Shown here: positions 41,579-52,171 of the stretch, piece after piece
How the letters are laid out: each line of letters starts with the position of its first letter
How positions within the stretch are numbered: position 1 is the first letter of the stretch
NCBI GenBank assembly: GCA_963933115.1
Contig: CAWVSL010000002.1
Span: 53,531-117,530, forward strand
Origin: an uncultured Colwellia sp.
Lineage (GTDB): Bacteria > Pseudomonadota > Gammaproteobacteria > Enterobacterales > Alteromonadaceae
DNA length: 64,000 bases
Direction: 5' to 3'
Translations under genes and position numbers: made by a program
Notes under the pieces: generated by a model
What the model was told of the DNA's origin: nothing
The model's database searches: none
The model's input: the letters and a program-made list of their open reading frames with translations, nothing else

Positions 41579-44425
41579 TTGAAAACATGGAGTATCCCAC
41601 TATTAATAACTTGTTTAACCGCTTGTGAAAATACACCACTAAAACCCGCAGCTGAGACTAAATTGCCTACTGGTGTTCAATTTATTGAGCAAGTTAGAAC
41701 AGAGGCCGGCAAAACGGTAATTCCTTATCAAAAATATACATTAGCTAACGGTTTAACCGTTATTCTTCATCAAGATGCATCTGATCCATTAGTACATGTT
41801 GATATGACATATCATGTTGGTTCAGGCCGTGAAGAATTAGGGAAGTCTGGTTTTGCGCATTTCTTTGAACATATGATGTTTCAAGGTTCTGAAAATGTTG
41901 CTGATGAGCAGCATTTTAAACTAGTCACTGAAGCCGGTGGTACCATGAATGGTACAACGAATAGTGATCGCACAAACTACTTCCAAACTGTGCCTGTTAA
42001 CCAACTAGAAAAAATGTTGTGGTTAGAAGCGGACCGAATGGGATTTTTAGTTGATGCTGTAACGCAAGAGAAATTTGAAGTACAGCGAGAAACAGTAAAA
42101 AATGAACGTGGACAACGTGTAGACAACCGTCCATATGGTCGTTTAAATGAACGTGTTTCAGAAGCTTTATATCCTGCTGGCCACCCTTACTCATGGCCAG
42201 TTATTGGTTTTATGGACGACCTAAACCGTGTAAACGTTAATGACTTAAAAGCTTTCTTTTTAAAGTGGTATGGCCCAAATAATGCCACACTAACAATTGG
42301 TGGAGATATTAACGTTGAATTAACGTTAAGGTTGGTTAAGCAATACTTTGGTTCGATCCCTCGAGGTCCTGAAATTGATATGCCGGATAAACCAACCTTC
42401 ACTTTAAATCAAGACCGTTACATCTCAATGGAAGATAATGTTCATTTACCCTTGGTTTATATGTCCTACCCTACTGTTGCTGTTCGTCATAAAGATGAAG
42501 CGCCACTGGACGTTTTATCAAGTATTTTGGGTGGCGGTAAAACGTCTCTTCTTTATAAAAACTTAGTTAAAAATCAACTAGCTGTTCAAGCGTCAGTAAG
42601 CCATCCCTGTGCTGAATTAGCTTGTACCTTTAACTTGTTAGCGCTACCACACCCTGCTTCAGGTAAAACATTAGCGGATATTGAAAAAGTAATTCGTAAC
42701 AGTTTAGTTGAATTTGAGCAACGTGGTGTTCAAGAAGATGACTTAGCTAAAGTTAAAGCAAGTATGGAAGCTAGCTTCATTTTTGGCTTACAAAGTGTTG
42801 CAGGCAAAGTTAGCACGCTTGCCGCTAACCAGACCTTCAAAGGTGACCCCAATTATATAGAGCAAGACATCGCTCGCTACGCTAGTGTAACTAAAGCGGA
42901 TGTCATGCGTGTATTTAAAAAATACATAAAGGGACAACATGGTGTCATTATGAGTATTTTACCTAAAGGGAGACTTGATTTAATAGCAGCAGAAGATAAC
43001 TTTACTCCTGCCATGCGTAGCCAAGGAAAACCATCTGACACTTCAGCTAGTAGCTTAGTCGTTCGAAAAGCAAAAGATAACTTTGACCGTAGCAAAATGC
43101 CTAAAGCCGAAGCCAATAAAGCCGTCGCAGTTCCCCAGATGTGGCAAGAAACCCTAACTAATGGTATTAAAATTTTAGGTACACAAAGCAGTGAAACACC
43201 AACAACTACCTTACTATTAAAAATACCAGCGGGTCATTACTATTCTAATAAAGACCAAGCAGGCTTGGTCTCATTACTTGCCAGTACATTAAATGAGTCT
43301 ACAACACAACGTAGTGCTGAAAGTATGAGTAATGAACTACAAAAATTAGGGAGTTCTATCTCTATCTACGCTGGTACTCAATACTTAAATGTAAATGTAA
43401 GTACATTAACAAAAAACCTTGATGCGACTATGACACTGGTTAATGAAAAGTTAATGATGCCGGCCTTTATTGAATCAGAATTTGCCCGTAATAAAAGTAA
43501 TGCGATTCAAGGAGTTATTAATAGCAAAAAAGATGCTGGTTATTTAGCATCAACAGCTTACCGACAATTACTACAGGCTAATAACATAGCCGCCACATCA
43601 AGCCAAGGGTCGGAAAAAAGTATTAATAATATTAATTTAGATGATATTAAGACATTTTATAAACAACAAGTTAAGCCGTTTAATAGCCAATTAATAGTAG
43701 TCTCTGACTTAGAAGAAAATACCTTACTTAAATCATTTAGTATACTTTCATCTTGGCAAGGTAAAGGTAAAGATTTGGTACTGACATTAGAAAAACCAGA
43801 AACCAGAGTAGGCATCATTTACTTAGTTAACAAGGATGATGCTGCGCAATCAGCCATTAGAATTGGTAAACGTTCTATTACTCAAGATATTACCGGAGAA
43901 TACTACAAATCTTACCTAATGAACTTCCCATTGGGTGGTGCGTTTAATAGCCGTATTAACTTAAACCTTCGTGAGGACAAAGGTTATACCTATGGTGCTC
44001 GTTCGGGCTTTAGTGCTGATAAATTCTCTGGCGCTTATACGGCTTCTGCAGAAGTGCGTGCTGATGCTACTGACAAGTCAATTATAGAGTTTGTTAATGA
44101 AATAAATATTTACCGTGAAAAAGGTATTACTTCTGAAGAATTAAGTTTTATGCGTAATTCTATTAACCAAAAAGATGCCCTTAAATATGAAACGCCACGT
44201 GCAAAATTAGGTTTCTTAGCACAAATTTTAGAACATAATTTAACACCAAGTTTTGTTGATGAACGTGCTGAAATAGTGAGAACGATAAGTGCAGATGAAA
44301 TTAATACGTTAGCTAAAAAACATTTAAAGTTAACTGAAATGATAATGGTTGTTGTTGGCGATGCGAAAAGGTTAAAACCACAACTAGAAGCATTAGGATA
44401 TGAAGTTGTTGATTACGAAATATAG
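41579..44425 (+). CDS. M16 family zinc peptidase, two-module (PqqL-like), predicted lipoprotein
   Basis: 948 aa. Inverted zinc motif HFFEHMMFQGS with downstream E (ERGQR region) in the first module; the second M16 module lacks the motif. TTG start preceded by GAGGAG. LLITCLTA|C lipobox. Confidence 0.9.
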   Translation: MKTWSIPLLITCLTACENTPLKPAAETKLPTGVQFIEQVRTEAGKTVIPYQKYTLANGLTVILHQDASDPLVHVDMTYHVGSGREELGKSGFAHFFEHMMFQGSENVADEQHFKLVTEAGGTMNGTTNSDRTNYFQTVPVNQLEKMLWLEADRMGFLVDAVTQEKFEVQRETVKNERGQRVDNRPYGRLNERVSEALYPAGHPYSWPVIGFMDDLNRVNVNDLKAFFLKWYGPNNATLTIGGDINVELTLRLVKQYFGSIPRGPEIDMPDKPTFTLNQDRYISMEDNVHLPLVYMSYPTVAVRHKDEAPLDVLSSILGGGKTSLLYKNLVKNQLAVQASVSHPCAELACTFNLLALPHPASGKTLADIEKVIRNSLVEFEQRGVQEDDLAKVKASMEASFIFGLQSVAGKVSTLAANQTFKGDPNYIEQDIARYASVTKADVMRVFKKYIKGQHGVIMSILPKGRLDLIAAEDNFTPAMRSQGKPSDTSASSLVVRKAKDNFDRSKMPKAEANKAVAVPQMWQETLTNGIKILGTQSSETPTTTLLLKIPAGHYYSNKDQAGLVSLLASTLNESTTQRSAESMSNELQKLGSSISIYAGTQYLNVNVSTLTKNLDATMTLVNEKLMMPAFIESEFARNKSNAIQGVINSKKDAGYLASTAYRQLLQANNIAATSSQGSEKSINNINLDDIKTFYKQQVKPFNSQLIVVSDLEENTLLKSFSILSSWQGKGKDLVLTLEKPETRVGIIYLVNKDDAAQSAIRIGKRSITQDITGEYYKSYLMNFPLGGAFNSRINLNLREDKGYTYGARSGFSADKFSGAYTASAEVRADATDKSIIEFVNEINIYREKGITSEELSFMRNSINQKDALKYETPRAKLGFLAQILEHNLTPSFVDERAEIVRTISADEINTLAKKHLKLTEMIMVVVGDAKRLKPQLEALGYEVVDYEI

Positions 44426-44503
44426 CGTTGATATTTCTACTACTATCTATTTAGAAACTTATCACAGTCATATTAAAATAAGTTCATAAAAACAATTAAA
44501 AAA

Positions 44504-44530
44504 AGCCTTAACCAATTGAAAGTTATGGCT
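44504..44530. terminator. hairpin in the convergent M16-peptidase/fadR spacer (bidirectional terminator candidate)
   Basis: AGCCTTAAC / GTTATGGCT (one mismatch) flanked by AAAAAA upstream and TTTACATTT downstream. Confidence 0.5.
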
Positions 44531-44791
44531 TTTACATTTACACCCTATGTGCTTCTTGTTATCTAGATTGTACTAATAAAGCGATTAACATCTCTATTAT
44601 TAATAGTTGAAATTCAAGAAATGATACTGTTGATATTTTTAAGAAATTTTCAATCTATAAATCAATACTATACCGACCTCACGATGATTAAATCGACAGG
44701 GGGGGAAATATCTAAAAGCAGTTAATTAAGGAGATACATTAACCGCAAAAAATCATCACGGTTGATTAAAGAGATCAATACAAAGTAATGG

Positions 44792-45502
44792 TTAGTCAGC
44801 AAGTTCTTTCAATACATCGTCTTTTAGATCTACCCATAGCTTACCTGACTCAACACCATACTTTCTTACAGCGAAAATAGCTTCGTCTGCTTTATTTTCT
44901 TGCGCTAACTCAATAAGATTTTGATAATAAGCACGAGAAATTTCACGACCTACCGGATGGGAAAAATATAAGCGACCAATACGAGAATAAAGGCCTTTGA
45001 AGCCATTTAAAATAAGTAAGTATATAGAGTTACCTGAAGCGACAACTAATTCTTTATTTAAACGGTAGTCAAATTCAGCGAATGCTTCGCCAGTATCTTC
45101 AATTTCAAGGTGGCCTTTTAATAACTCAATAGTTTTACTGGCATTATTTTTAATAGCTCCTCGGATATAGATAGCACTAATATTGGTTCGGGCTGAAAGT
45201 AAATTATCAACTAAGTCTGGAATACCATCTTGATCCAGTTGAGCTAAATTTTCAAGGATATTAAGACTTGAAGTTTCCCAAAAATCATTTACTTTTGTTG
45301 GTTTACCATGTTTTATAGTTAACCAACCATCACGAGCTAAGCGTTGTAATACTTCACGTAAAGTTGTTCTAGTGACACCAATAAGTTCTGATAATTCACG
45401 TTCCGCAGGTAAAATAGAACCCGGCGGGAAACCCCCATTCCAAATCGATTCAACTATGTATTGCTCAGCAAAACCTGCTGGGCTTTGAGCTTTAATAACC
45501 AT
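44792..45502 (-). CDS. fadR: fatty acid metabolism regulator FadR (GntR family)
   Basis: 236 aa. [61 protein letters not shown] closely matches E. coli/Vibrio FadR. Confidence 0.96.
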   Translation of the reverse strand: MVIKAQSPAGFAEQYIVESIWNGGFPPGSILPAERELSELIGVTRTTLREVLQRLARDGWLTIKHGKPTKVNDFWETSSLNILENLAQLDQDGIPDLVDNLLSARTNISAIYIRGAIKNNASKTIELLKGHLEIEDTGEAFAEFDYRLNKELVVASGNSIYLLILNGFKGLYSRIGRLYFSHPVGREISRAYYQNLIELAQENKADEAIFAVRKYGVESGKLWVDLKDDVLKELAD

Positions 45503-45739
45503 TTAAAATCATTCAACCTAAAGTAGGATCGTAAAGATGAGTGATTGTACCAGAAGAATGATTAGGTTCAAGCTTATAAAAAGTCTATCTTTTAATTAGT
45601 ATTAATTCTATAAATCAATTTTTATCTTACATTTAAGTATTAAGCAAAAATCTTGGGTTTTATTATCTTTACTGTATGATAACCGCTATATCTAAATATC
45701 ATAGACAATAAAATTGCTTGGTCTATCGTATAAATATTA

Positions 45740-46267
45740 ATGAGTATTAATTTGAAATTATTAAGTGAATTATCAACTAAACCTTGGCCATGGTTATTAT
45801 TAGCAATTAGTGCACTTTTTCTAGAGTTATGTGCCCTATTTTTTCAATATTATATGGGGCTGGCTCCCTGTATCATGTGCATATACCAACGTGTCGCCCT
45901 CTGGGGAATTTTCTTAGCAGGAATTATTGGTTATCTGGGACACCAATTTACATGGACCAGAATTTTAGCTTATTTATCTTGGGCAACAGGCGCTATTTGG
46001 GGATTACTAATCGCTATTGAACATGTGACCATTCAATCCAGCAATTCGTTATTTTACAGTTGTGAATATGTACCAAATTTCCCTGAGTGGTTGCCTCTTC
46101 ATCTATGGTTACCCTGGTTATTCGAAGCAACAGGAGATTGTGGCGATATTAATTGGCAATTTTTTGGACATTCTATGCCACAAATAATGATTGTTACATT
46201 CACCTTTTACACCATGTTATTAGCCTTTATCTTGATAACTAGATTATACGGTACCAGAAAAGTTTAA
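45740..46267 (+). CDS. dsbB: disulfide bond formation protein B
   Basis: 175 aa, 4 TM segments, first periplasmic loop CIMC, second loop Cys pair (YSCEY...GDCGD). Confidence 0.93.
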   Translation: MSINLKLLSELSTKPWPWLLLAISALFLELCALFFQYYMGLAPCIMCIYQRVALWGIFLAGIIGYLGHQFTWTRILAYLSWATGAIWGLLIAIEHVTIQSSNSLFYSCEYVPNFPEWLPLHLWLPWLFEATGDCGDINWQFFGHSMPQIMIVTFTFYTMLLAFILITRLYGTRKV

Positions 46268-46287
46268 AGATAAAATTCATATCTATT

Positions 46288-46318
46288 AAAAAAAAGCCAG
46301 TTCAGAACTGGCTTTTTA
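46288..46318. terminator. bidirectional rho-independent terminator between dsbB and comEA-like gene
   Basis: AAAAAAAA-GCCAGTT-CAGA-AACTGGC-TTTTT. 7-bp stem, 4-nt loop, A-run and T-run flanks. Confidence 0.85.
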
Positions 46319-46341
46319 ATTTAAACTTAAATTGTAAGTCA

Positions 46342-46641
46342 CTAAATTTTTAAATATTGAAGATTATCGCTCAATACTATCTCCCCTATTCCTTTAACAT
46401 TTAACAAATCGTCTATTGATGTAAATTTTCCATAGGTTTTTCTATAGTCAATAATTGCTTGCGCCTTTTTACTGCCAATACCTTTTAAAGAACTCAACTC
46501 TTTTACGCTAGCATCATTTATATTAATACTTCTTACTGACTCCTGAACAACTTGATCTGTAGTGGTTAGTTGATTAGCAAAAGTTTGTGGAACAAAGAGC
46601 GTTAGAGCTGTAATAAACACCAAAGGTAACAATTGTCTCAT
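46342..46641 (-). CDS. ComEA-family helix-hairpin-helix DNA-binding protein (periplasmic)
   Basis: 99 aa. Signal peptide ...VPQTFA|NQ. ININDASVKELSSLKGIGSKKAQAIIDYRKTYGKFTSIDDLLNVKGIG is the ComEA/YbaV HhH signature. Confidence 0.88.
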   Translation of the reverse strand: MRQLLPLVFITALTLFVPQTFANQLTTTDQVVQESVRSININDASVKELSSLKGIGSKKAQAIIDYRKTYGKFTSIDDLLNVKGIGEIVLSDNLQYLKI

Positions 46642-46669
46642 AAGTAATTCCTTGTAGTATGACGTCCAT

Positions 46670-46714
46670 AAAAAAACTAAAGTAAGTCAATCAGATCCTG
46701 AAGACTCACTTTAG
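46670..46714 (-). terminator. rho-independent terminator after pyrF
   Basis: Minus strand: CTAAAGTGAGTC pairs with GACTTACTTTAG (12 bp including one G-U) with a 14-nt loop, followed by TTTTTTT (complement of 46670..46676). Confidence 0.75.
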
Positions 46715-46766
46715 TTTTAGTTCGTATGTTTAAATTTGTCAAAAATAAGAGATATGTTATTAAGCG

Positions 46767-47462
46767 TTATCTTATTGATAGGTTGATTTCATCAAGAATT
46801 ACTTGAGGATGAGGAGATTGAGTTATTGGGCGGCCAATAACTAAATAATCAACACCAACGGCTATTGCTTGCTGTGGTGTCATAATTCTTTTTTGATCAT
46901 CATTTGCAGAGCCTAAAGGTCTTATGCCAGGTGTAATAAGCTTAAAAGACTGTCCTAATAAATTTTTTAAACTTTCAGCTTCCCAAGCGGAACAAACTAC
47001 GCCATCTAACCCACACTTTTGTGCTAGAGCCGCTAAGTGAATAACCTGTTCTGCAGGTGTTCGATTTATGCCAATACCTTGTAAGTCTTTTTCTGACATA
47101 CTTGTTAACACAGTAACAGCAGTTAACAATGGAGCTTGCTTACCAAATTGATGTAACGCACTTTGTGCTTTTAGCATCATTTCACTACCGCCACTGGCGT
47201 GAACATTTACCATCCAAACACCTAAATCAGCTGCAGCAGTAACTGCTTTAGCTACAGTATTAGGGATATCATGAAACTTCAAATCAAGAAAAACATCGAA
47301 CCCCTTATTTGTTAATTCCTTAACAAAATCCGGACCAAAATAAGTAAACATTTCTTTGCCTACTTTTAATCGACAGTCGTTCGGAGATACTTTATCGACA
47401 AAAGATAAAGCGTGACCTTTTTTATCAAAATCTAATGCAACAACAACTTTTGCATCACTCAT
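46767..47462 (-). CDS. pyrF: orotidine 5'-phosphate decarboxylase
   Basis: 231 aa. VVALDF...[11 protein letters not shown]...LVIGRPIT motifs. Confidence 0.97.
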   Translation of the reverse strand: MSDAKVVVALDFDKKGHALSFVDKVSPNDCRLKVGKEMFTYFGPDFVKELTNKGFDVFLDLKFHDIPNTVAKAVTAAADLGVWMVNVHASGGSEMMLKAQSALHQFGKQAPLLTAVTVLTSMSEKDLQGIGINRTPAEQVIHLAALAQKCGLDGVVCSAWEAESLKNLLGQSFKLITPGIRPLGSANDDQKRIMTPQQAIAVGVDYLVIGRPITQSPHPQVILDEINLSIR

Positions 47463-47617
47463 TACAAATTCCTTACAAATTAAGTTCTATAATTTTTTCA
47501 TTAATAACGTTTTACATCTGAATTACATGGCCCAAAGTAAACACAATACCGCTGAGCGGATAAAATTAATTAGTACTATTAAAATAATATAGTCTTCAAT
47601 GGTAACAACATTGTTCT

Positions 47618-48787
47618 TTATTCGCCTTCAAGACCTCGAACTGGCTTCAGCTGCTCCCAATCATGGCAAGACGGGCATGACCAATAATGCGTACTACTGT
47701 TAAAACCACAAGATCGACAGCTATATCTTGGTTTCATATTCAGATAAGACGTTATTAATTCTTTGATAACGTCTAAATTTTCGTTACTGCTTTCTTGACC
47801 TGACTCCGCCATTTGCATTTTTACAAAATGTTTAAAGCCTTTAATTGTTGGGCGACGTTTAAGGGCTGATAAAATAAATTCAATCGCTTTATTTACACCG
47901 TGTTTTTTTTCAACATGCTCTAAATATTTTAATAATGCTGTTGTACTACCGGTTTCTTCATATACCTGTCGAATAAAAGTAAAGAACTCATCACTAGCGT
48001 CTGATTGAACATAACAATTATGCATATTTTCAATAACGTCAGGAAAGAACTCTTTATCTTGTTGATAAATAGATTGATAGCACTGACAAGCTTGTTCAAA
48101 TTGTTGGTGGTTTTCATAGATTTTAGCCATTAACCAATTCGCGCGGCATGAATTAGGATCAAGCTCTAATGCTTGTTGTAATAGTTCAATAACAGCAATA
48201 AATTCATCTTTCTCTAGGGCTATAGTCGCTAATTCACAATAAAAGTTAGCTAAGGTATGGAGTGACTTTACATCTTTTGCTTTAATTACCGTCTTTTTAA
48301 GATCAATACCAAGTTGCCAATCTTTTGTTGATTGATAAATTTTTAATAAGTTATTGATCGATTTTAATCCATAGTTCTTAGACTTTAATAATTTAGTGAA
48401 CATTTTTTCTGCTCGGTCATATAAACCAGCACTTAAAAAATCTTTACCTAACTCAAATATGGCTTGTTGTTTATCTTTTGACGGTAAATGTCCTTGTCTC
48501 ACTAGATGTTCATGTACTTTGAGTGCCCTATCAAGCTCACCACGACGTCTAAATAGGTTTGCCATAGCGAAATGAGCTTCAACGGTATCATCTTCTACTT
48601 TTAATGCCTCAAGCAAATAATCAATAGCTTTGTCTTGTTGATTTGATAATAAGTAGTTTAATCCTGTTGAATACTTAATTGATAAATCTTGTTTTGCCGT
48701 TTGGTCTTTTTGCTTAATACTATTTCGACCCATAAACCAGCTATAAGCCATAGCAACGGGTAAAAGTAAAAATAACAGTTCTTGCAT
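47618..48787 (-). CDS. lapB: lipopolysaccharide assembly protein B (YciM)
   Basis: 389 aa. N-terminal TM helix, TPR repeats, C-terminal rubredoxin-type CRSCGF...WSCPSCHDW. Confidence 0.95.
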   Translation of the reverse strand: MQELLFLLLPVAMAYSWFMGRNSIKQKDQTAKQDLSIKYSTGLNYLLSNQQDKAIDYLLEALKVEDDTVEAHFAMANLFRRRGELDRALKVHEHLVRQGHLPSKDKQQAIFELGKDFLSAGLYDRAEKMFTKLLKSKNYGLKSINNLLKIYQSTKDWQLGIDLKKTVIKAKDVKSLHTLANFYCELATIALEKDEFIAVIELLQQALELDPNSCRANWLMAKIYENHQQFEQACQCYQSIYQQDKEFFPDVIENMHNCYVQSDASDEFFTFIRQVYEETGSTTALLKYLEHVEKKHGVNKAIEFILSALKRRPTIKGFKHFVKMQMAESGQESSNENLDVIKELITSYLNMKPRYSCRSCGFNSSTHYWSCPSCHDWEQLKPVRGLEGE

Positions 48788-48791
48788 AATA

Positions 48792-49052
48792 TTATGAAGA
48801 TACCTTTTTAGTAGGTGATTGTGTCGTTAATTTTTTTTTAGACTTAATGACTCGAGATATACGCCACATTAGAGTAACTAAAATACCAATAATAATACCT
48901 AATACCGTAAAAAGACTTACCGCTTGAGCGACGGATAAGTCGGTACGGGCAATCATATAATTTAAAGTAAGTGTTTGAGGGTTTTGACTACCAAAAATAA
49001 AAGCTATCGCTAATATAGTTAATACCATCATCAACATTAAATAAAATCGCAA
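48792..49052 (-). CDS. lapA: lipopolysaccharide assembly protein A (YciS, DUF1049)
   Basis: 86 aa, two TM helices. GSQNPQTLTLNY matches the LapA GAQNDQQVTFNY region. TTG start in the track; internal ATGs are possible. Confidence 0.85.
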   Translation of the reverse strand: MRFYLMLMMVLTILAIAFIFGSQNPQTLTLNYMIARTDLSVAQAVSLFTVLGIIIGILVTLMWRISRVIKSKKKLTTQSPTKKVSS

Positions 49053-49146
49053 ATGAAATTCCTCAGGATAAATAAGATTTCGTAATTATATGTGCTACGC
49101 CTCGACTAGACAAACATAACAATGACTAAAAATATTTTTTATTATA

Positions 49147-49180
49147 TAAAAAAACGGCATACTAATGTATAGCATGCCGT
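49147..49180 (-). terminator. rho-independent terminator after ihfB
   Basis: ACGGCAT (49154..49160) pairs with ATGCCGT (49174..49180). On the minus strand it is followed by TTTTTTTATAT. Confidence 0.8.
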
Positions 49181-49223
49181 TTAGAATATTTGGTTATTAA
49201 ACTATTATCTAGAAAAATAACAA

Positions 49224-49511
49224 CTACGCCGCTGAAAGGTTAACTCTTTCGCGTAACTCTTTACCAGGTTTAAAATGAGGTACATATTTACCAGCTAACT
49301 CTACAGCATCACCAGTTTTAGGATTTCTACCTACTCGAGGTGCTCGAAAATGTAATGAAAAACTACCAAAACCTCTTATTTCTATACGCTCTCCTTTAGA
49401 TAAAGATTGCGCCATCATTTCGAGTATCTCTTTAATAGCATGTTCAACATCTTTGGCTGATAAGTGACTTAACTTCTCTGCCAATTTTTCTATGAGTTCC
49501 GACTTGGTCAT
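49224..49511 (-). CDS. ihfB: integration host factor subunit beta
   Basis: 95 aa. [11 protein letters not shown]...[27 protein letters not shown]. Confidence 0.97.
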   Translation of the reverse strand: MTKSELIEKLAEKLSHLSAKDVEHAIKEILEMMAQSLSKGERIEIRGFGSFSLHFRAPRVGRNPKTGDAVELAGKYVPHFKPGKELRERVNLSAA

Positions 49512-49566
49512 TTGACCTCCTAGGTTGCCCTAAATGGCGTAGAACGAGTTGTACGCCAATTGAGAT

Positions 49567-49600
49567 GAAATTAAAGGAGAAAACTACTAAGTTGTCTCCT
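49567..49600 (-). terminator. hairpin between rpsA and ihfB (partial terminator candidate)
   Basis: AGGAGA / TCTCCT outer stem with inner AAC/GTT pairs. On the minus strand it is followed by TTAATTTCAT. Confidence 0.45.
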
Positions 49601-49617
49601 CACTCTATCCTGCTAAA

Positions 49618-51279
49618 TTAGTTTTTAGCGTTTTTAAATGCTGCGGCCATAGCACTTAGACCAGTTTCTTCAACTTGATTTAAGTTATCCATCGCTGAAC
49701 GTTCTTCTGCTTGATCTTTCGCTTTGATAGACAAGCTGATAGTGCGGTTCTTACGATCAACACCAACAAACTTAGCTTCAACGCTATCACCAACAGATAA
49801 TTCAGCACTAGCATCTTCTATACGTTCTACTGAAATATCAGCTACACGTAAGTACCCTTCAACACCTTCAGCTAACTCAATTCTAGCGCCTTTTGCGTCT
49901 ACTTCTAGTACCTTACCATTAACAATAGCACCTTTTTTACTAGTTGTCAGATACATGTTAAACGGATCGTCTTCGGCTTGTTTAACACCAAGTGAAATAC
50001 GTTCACGCTCTGGGTCAACTTGTAATACAACAGCAGTGATTTCATCACCTTTTTTGTATTCACGAACAGCTTCTTCGCCACCAGCCCATGCAATGTCAGA
50101 CAAGTGGACAAGACCATCAATGCCGCCATCAAGACCAATAAAGATACCAAAGTCAGTAATTGATTTGATCTTACCAGATACCTTGTCGCCTTTATTGAAG
50201 TTTTTAGCAAACTCTTCCCAAGGATTAGCAATACATTGCTTAAGGCCTAAAGAAATACGACGACGTTCTTCATCAATTTCTAATACTAGTACTTCAACTG
50301 TGTCACCTAAGTTAACAACTTTAGATGGGTGAATGTTTTTATTTGTCCAATCCATTTCTGAAACATGAACTAAACCTTCAACACCTTCTTGAATTTCAAC
50401 AAAACAACCGTAGTCAGTTAAATTAGTTACGCGACCAGAAAGTTTAGAACCTTCTGGGTAACGGTTAGCAATAGCTACCCATGGATCTTCGCCTAACTGC
50501 TTCATACCTAGAGATACACGAGTACGCTCACGGTCAAATTTTAATATTTTAACTTGGATTTCATCGCCAACATTTACGATTTCACTTGGGTGCTTAACAC
50601 GTTTCCAAGCCATATCAGTGATATGTAGTAAACCATCGATGCCGCCTAAATCTACGAATGCGCCGTAGTCAGTAAGGTTCTTAACGATACCTTTAACTTC
50701 TTGGCCTTCCGCTAATGACTCAAGTAATTCATCACGTTCTGCACTGCTTTCAGTTTCTATAACAGCACGACGAGAAACAACTACGTTATTACGCTTTTGA
50801 TCAAGCTTAATAACTTTAAATTCTAGAGGCTTACCTTCAAGGTGAGCAGTGTCACGTACTGGACGTACATCTACTAATGAACCTGGTAAGAAAGCGCGGA
50901 TATCGCTAACTTCAACAGTGAAACCACCTTTAACTTTACCGTTAATAATACCGATAACAGTTTCTTTTTCTTCGTATGCTTTTTCAAGCACTTGCCATGC
51001 TTCGTGGCGCTTGGCATCATCACGAGAAAGTATAGTTTCACCGAAACCATCATCAGTCGCTTTAAGTGACACATCTACTTGATCACCAACAACTGCTTCT
51101 ACTTCACCGGCAGCGTTTTTAAATTGATCAATAGAGATGACACTCTCAGATTTTAAGCCTGCATCAACAATAACATTGTCTTTGTTAACGGCTACGATTG
51201 TACCCTTGATAATTGAACCAGGGCGTGTTTCGATTTCTTTTAAACTTTCTTCAAAAAGTTGCGCAAAATTTTCAGTCAT
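49618..51279 (-). CDS. rpsA: 30S ribosomal protein S1
   Basis: 553 aa, six S1 repeats. [26 protein letters not shown]. Confidence 0.98.
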   Translation of the reverse strand: MTENFAQLFEESLKEIETRPGSIIKGTIVAVNKDNVIVDAGLKSESVISIDQFKNAAGEVEAVVGDQVDVSLKATDDGFGETILSRDDAKRHEAWQVLEKAYEEKETVIGIINGKVKGGFTVEVSDIRAFLPGSLVDVRPVRDTAHLEGKPLEFKVIKLDQKRNNVVVSRRAVIETESSAERDELLESLAEGQEVKGIVKNLTDYGAFVDLGGIDGLLHITDMAWKRVKHPSEIVNVGDEIQVKILKFDRERTRVSLGMKQLGEDPWVAIANRYPEGSKLSGRVTNLTDYGCFVEIQEGVEGLVHVSEMDWTNKNIHPSKVVNLGDTVEVLVLEIDEERRRISLGLKQCIANPWEEFAKNFNKGDKVSGKIKSITDFGIFIGLDGGIDGLVHLSDIAWAGGEEAVREYKKGDEITAVVLQVDPERERISLGVKQAEDDPFNMYLTTSKKGAIVNGKVLEVDAKGARIELAEGVEGYLRVADISVERIEDASAELSVGDSVEAKFVGVDRKNRTISLSIKAKDQAEERSAMDNLNQVEETGLSAMAAAFKNAKN

Positions 51280-51402
51280 AACTTGTAATAAACTCAGCTA
51301 TTAATCCAGTCAACATTCCTGTTTCATGGGGTTGTTAAGAATATGCCCAGTGTATCCTTACAGTAGGCTATTGGTTAAATTTGTTTTTTACTTCGTTATA
51401 TA

Positions 51403-52089
51403 TTAATTTATCATTAACGCTTCATTTGAAAACGCAAGAATTTTATTGACCACTTCCTGTATAGAAAGGTCAGTAGAATCAATATATAACGCACCTTCTG
51501 CTGGAACTAACGGAGCAACCTTTCGGTTTTGATCCCGCTCGTCCCTTTGACGTATCTCACTCAAAAGGCGCCCGATGTTAACATCAAAGCCTTTCTCTTT
51601 CAACTGATTAAATCTGCGTTCCGCACGCTCTTCTGCGCTAGCAGTTAAAAACACTTTAACTGGGGCGTCACTAAAAACAACAGTTCCCATATCACGTCCA
51701 TCAGCGACAAGTCCTGGAGATACTTTAAAGGCACGTTGTCGTCGAAGAAGTGCTTCGCGTACTCTTGGAAATGCTGCAACTTTAGATGCCAAGTTACCAA
51801 CTTCTTCACTACGGATACTTGAGGTAACGTCTTCACCTTCTAAAATAACTTGGCTTTCACCATCACTATTAATAGCAAATTGTACATCAAGGTGAGCAGC
51901 CATTGGAATAAGCGGCTCTTCATCTTCAACACCAACACCATGATGTCGAGTTGCAATAGCGAGTACTCTATATATAGCACCGCTATCAAGCAATTCCCAA
52001 CCCAGTTGCTTAGCAACAATTCTAGCAACTGTACCTTTACCAGCGCCGCTCGGTCCATCGATGGTAATTACGGGTATCTTTTCACTCAT
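51403..52089 (-). CDS. cmk: (d)CMP kinase
   Basis: 228 aa. P-loop [13 protein letters not shown]. cmk-rpsA adjacency. Confidence 0.96.
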   Translation of the reverse strand: MSEKIPVITIDGPSGAGKGTVARIVAKQLGWELLDSGAIYRVLAIATRHHGVGVEDEEPLIPMAAHLDVQFAINSDGESQVILEGEDVTSSIRSEEVGNLASKVAAFPRVREALLRRQRAFKVSPGLVADGRDMGTVVFSDAPVKVFLTASAEERAERRFNQLKEKGFDVNIGRLLSEIRQRDERDQNRKVAPLVPAEGALYIDSTDLSIQEVVNKILAFSNEALMIN

Positions 52090-52171
52090 TCATCTATCCT
52101 AATCTCATTTAATTCGGTAATCAGCTTTCTTTATTATAACTTTAATGGTGTTCAATAAGAGAAGCTTGTTT

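Noticed and set aside
44699-44705. G7 homopolymer in the convergent M16-peptidase/fadR spacer, unusual in AT-rich DNA.
   Set aside because: It is not upstream of, or inside, any gene (both neighbours end here). A phase-variation role is therefore unsupported.
49724-50332. 202-aa plus-strand ORF antisense to rpsA. Similar long antisense ORFs occur at 57101..57460 (gyrA), 30571..30921 (tsf), 52446..52787 and 52995..53246 (aroA), 15818..16135 (dnaE) and 51850..52158 (cmk).
   Set aside because: Each lies entirely inside a highly conserved, confidently identified gene on the opposite strand. Their translations are low-complexity (Ser/Thr/Pro/Ile-rich) with no recognisable motifs. Such shadow ORFs are expected opposite genes with strong codon bias.
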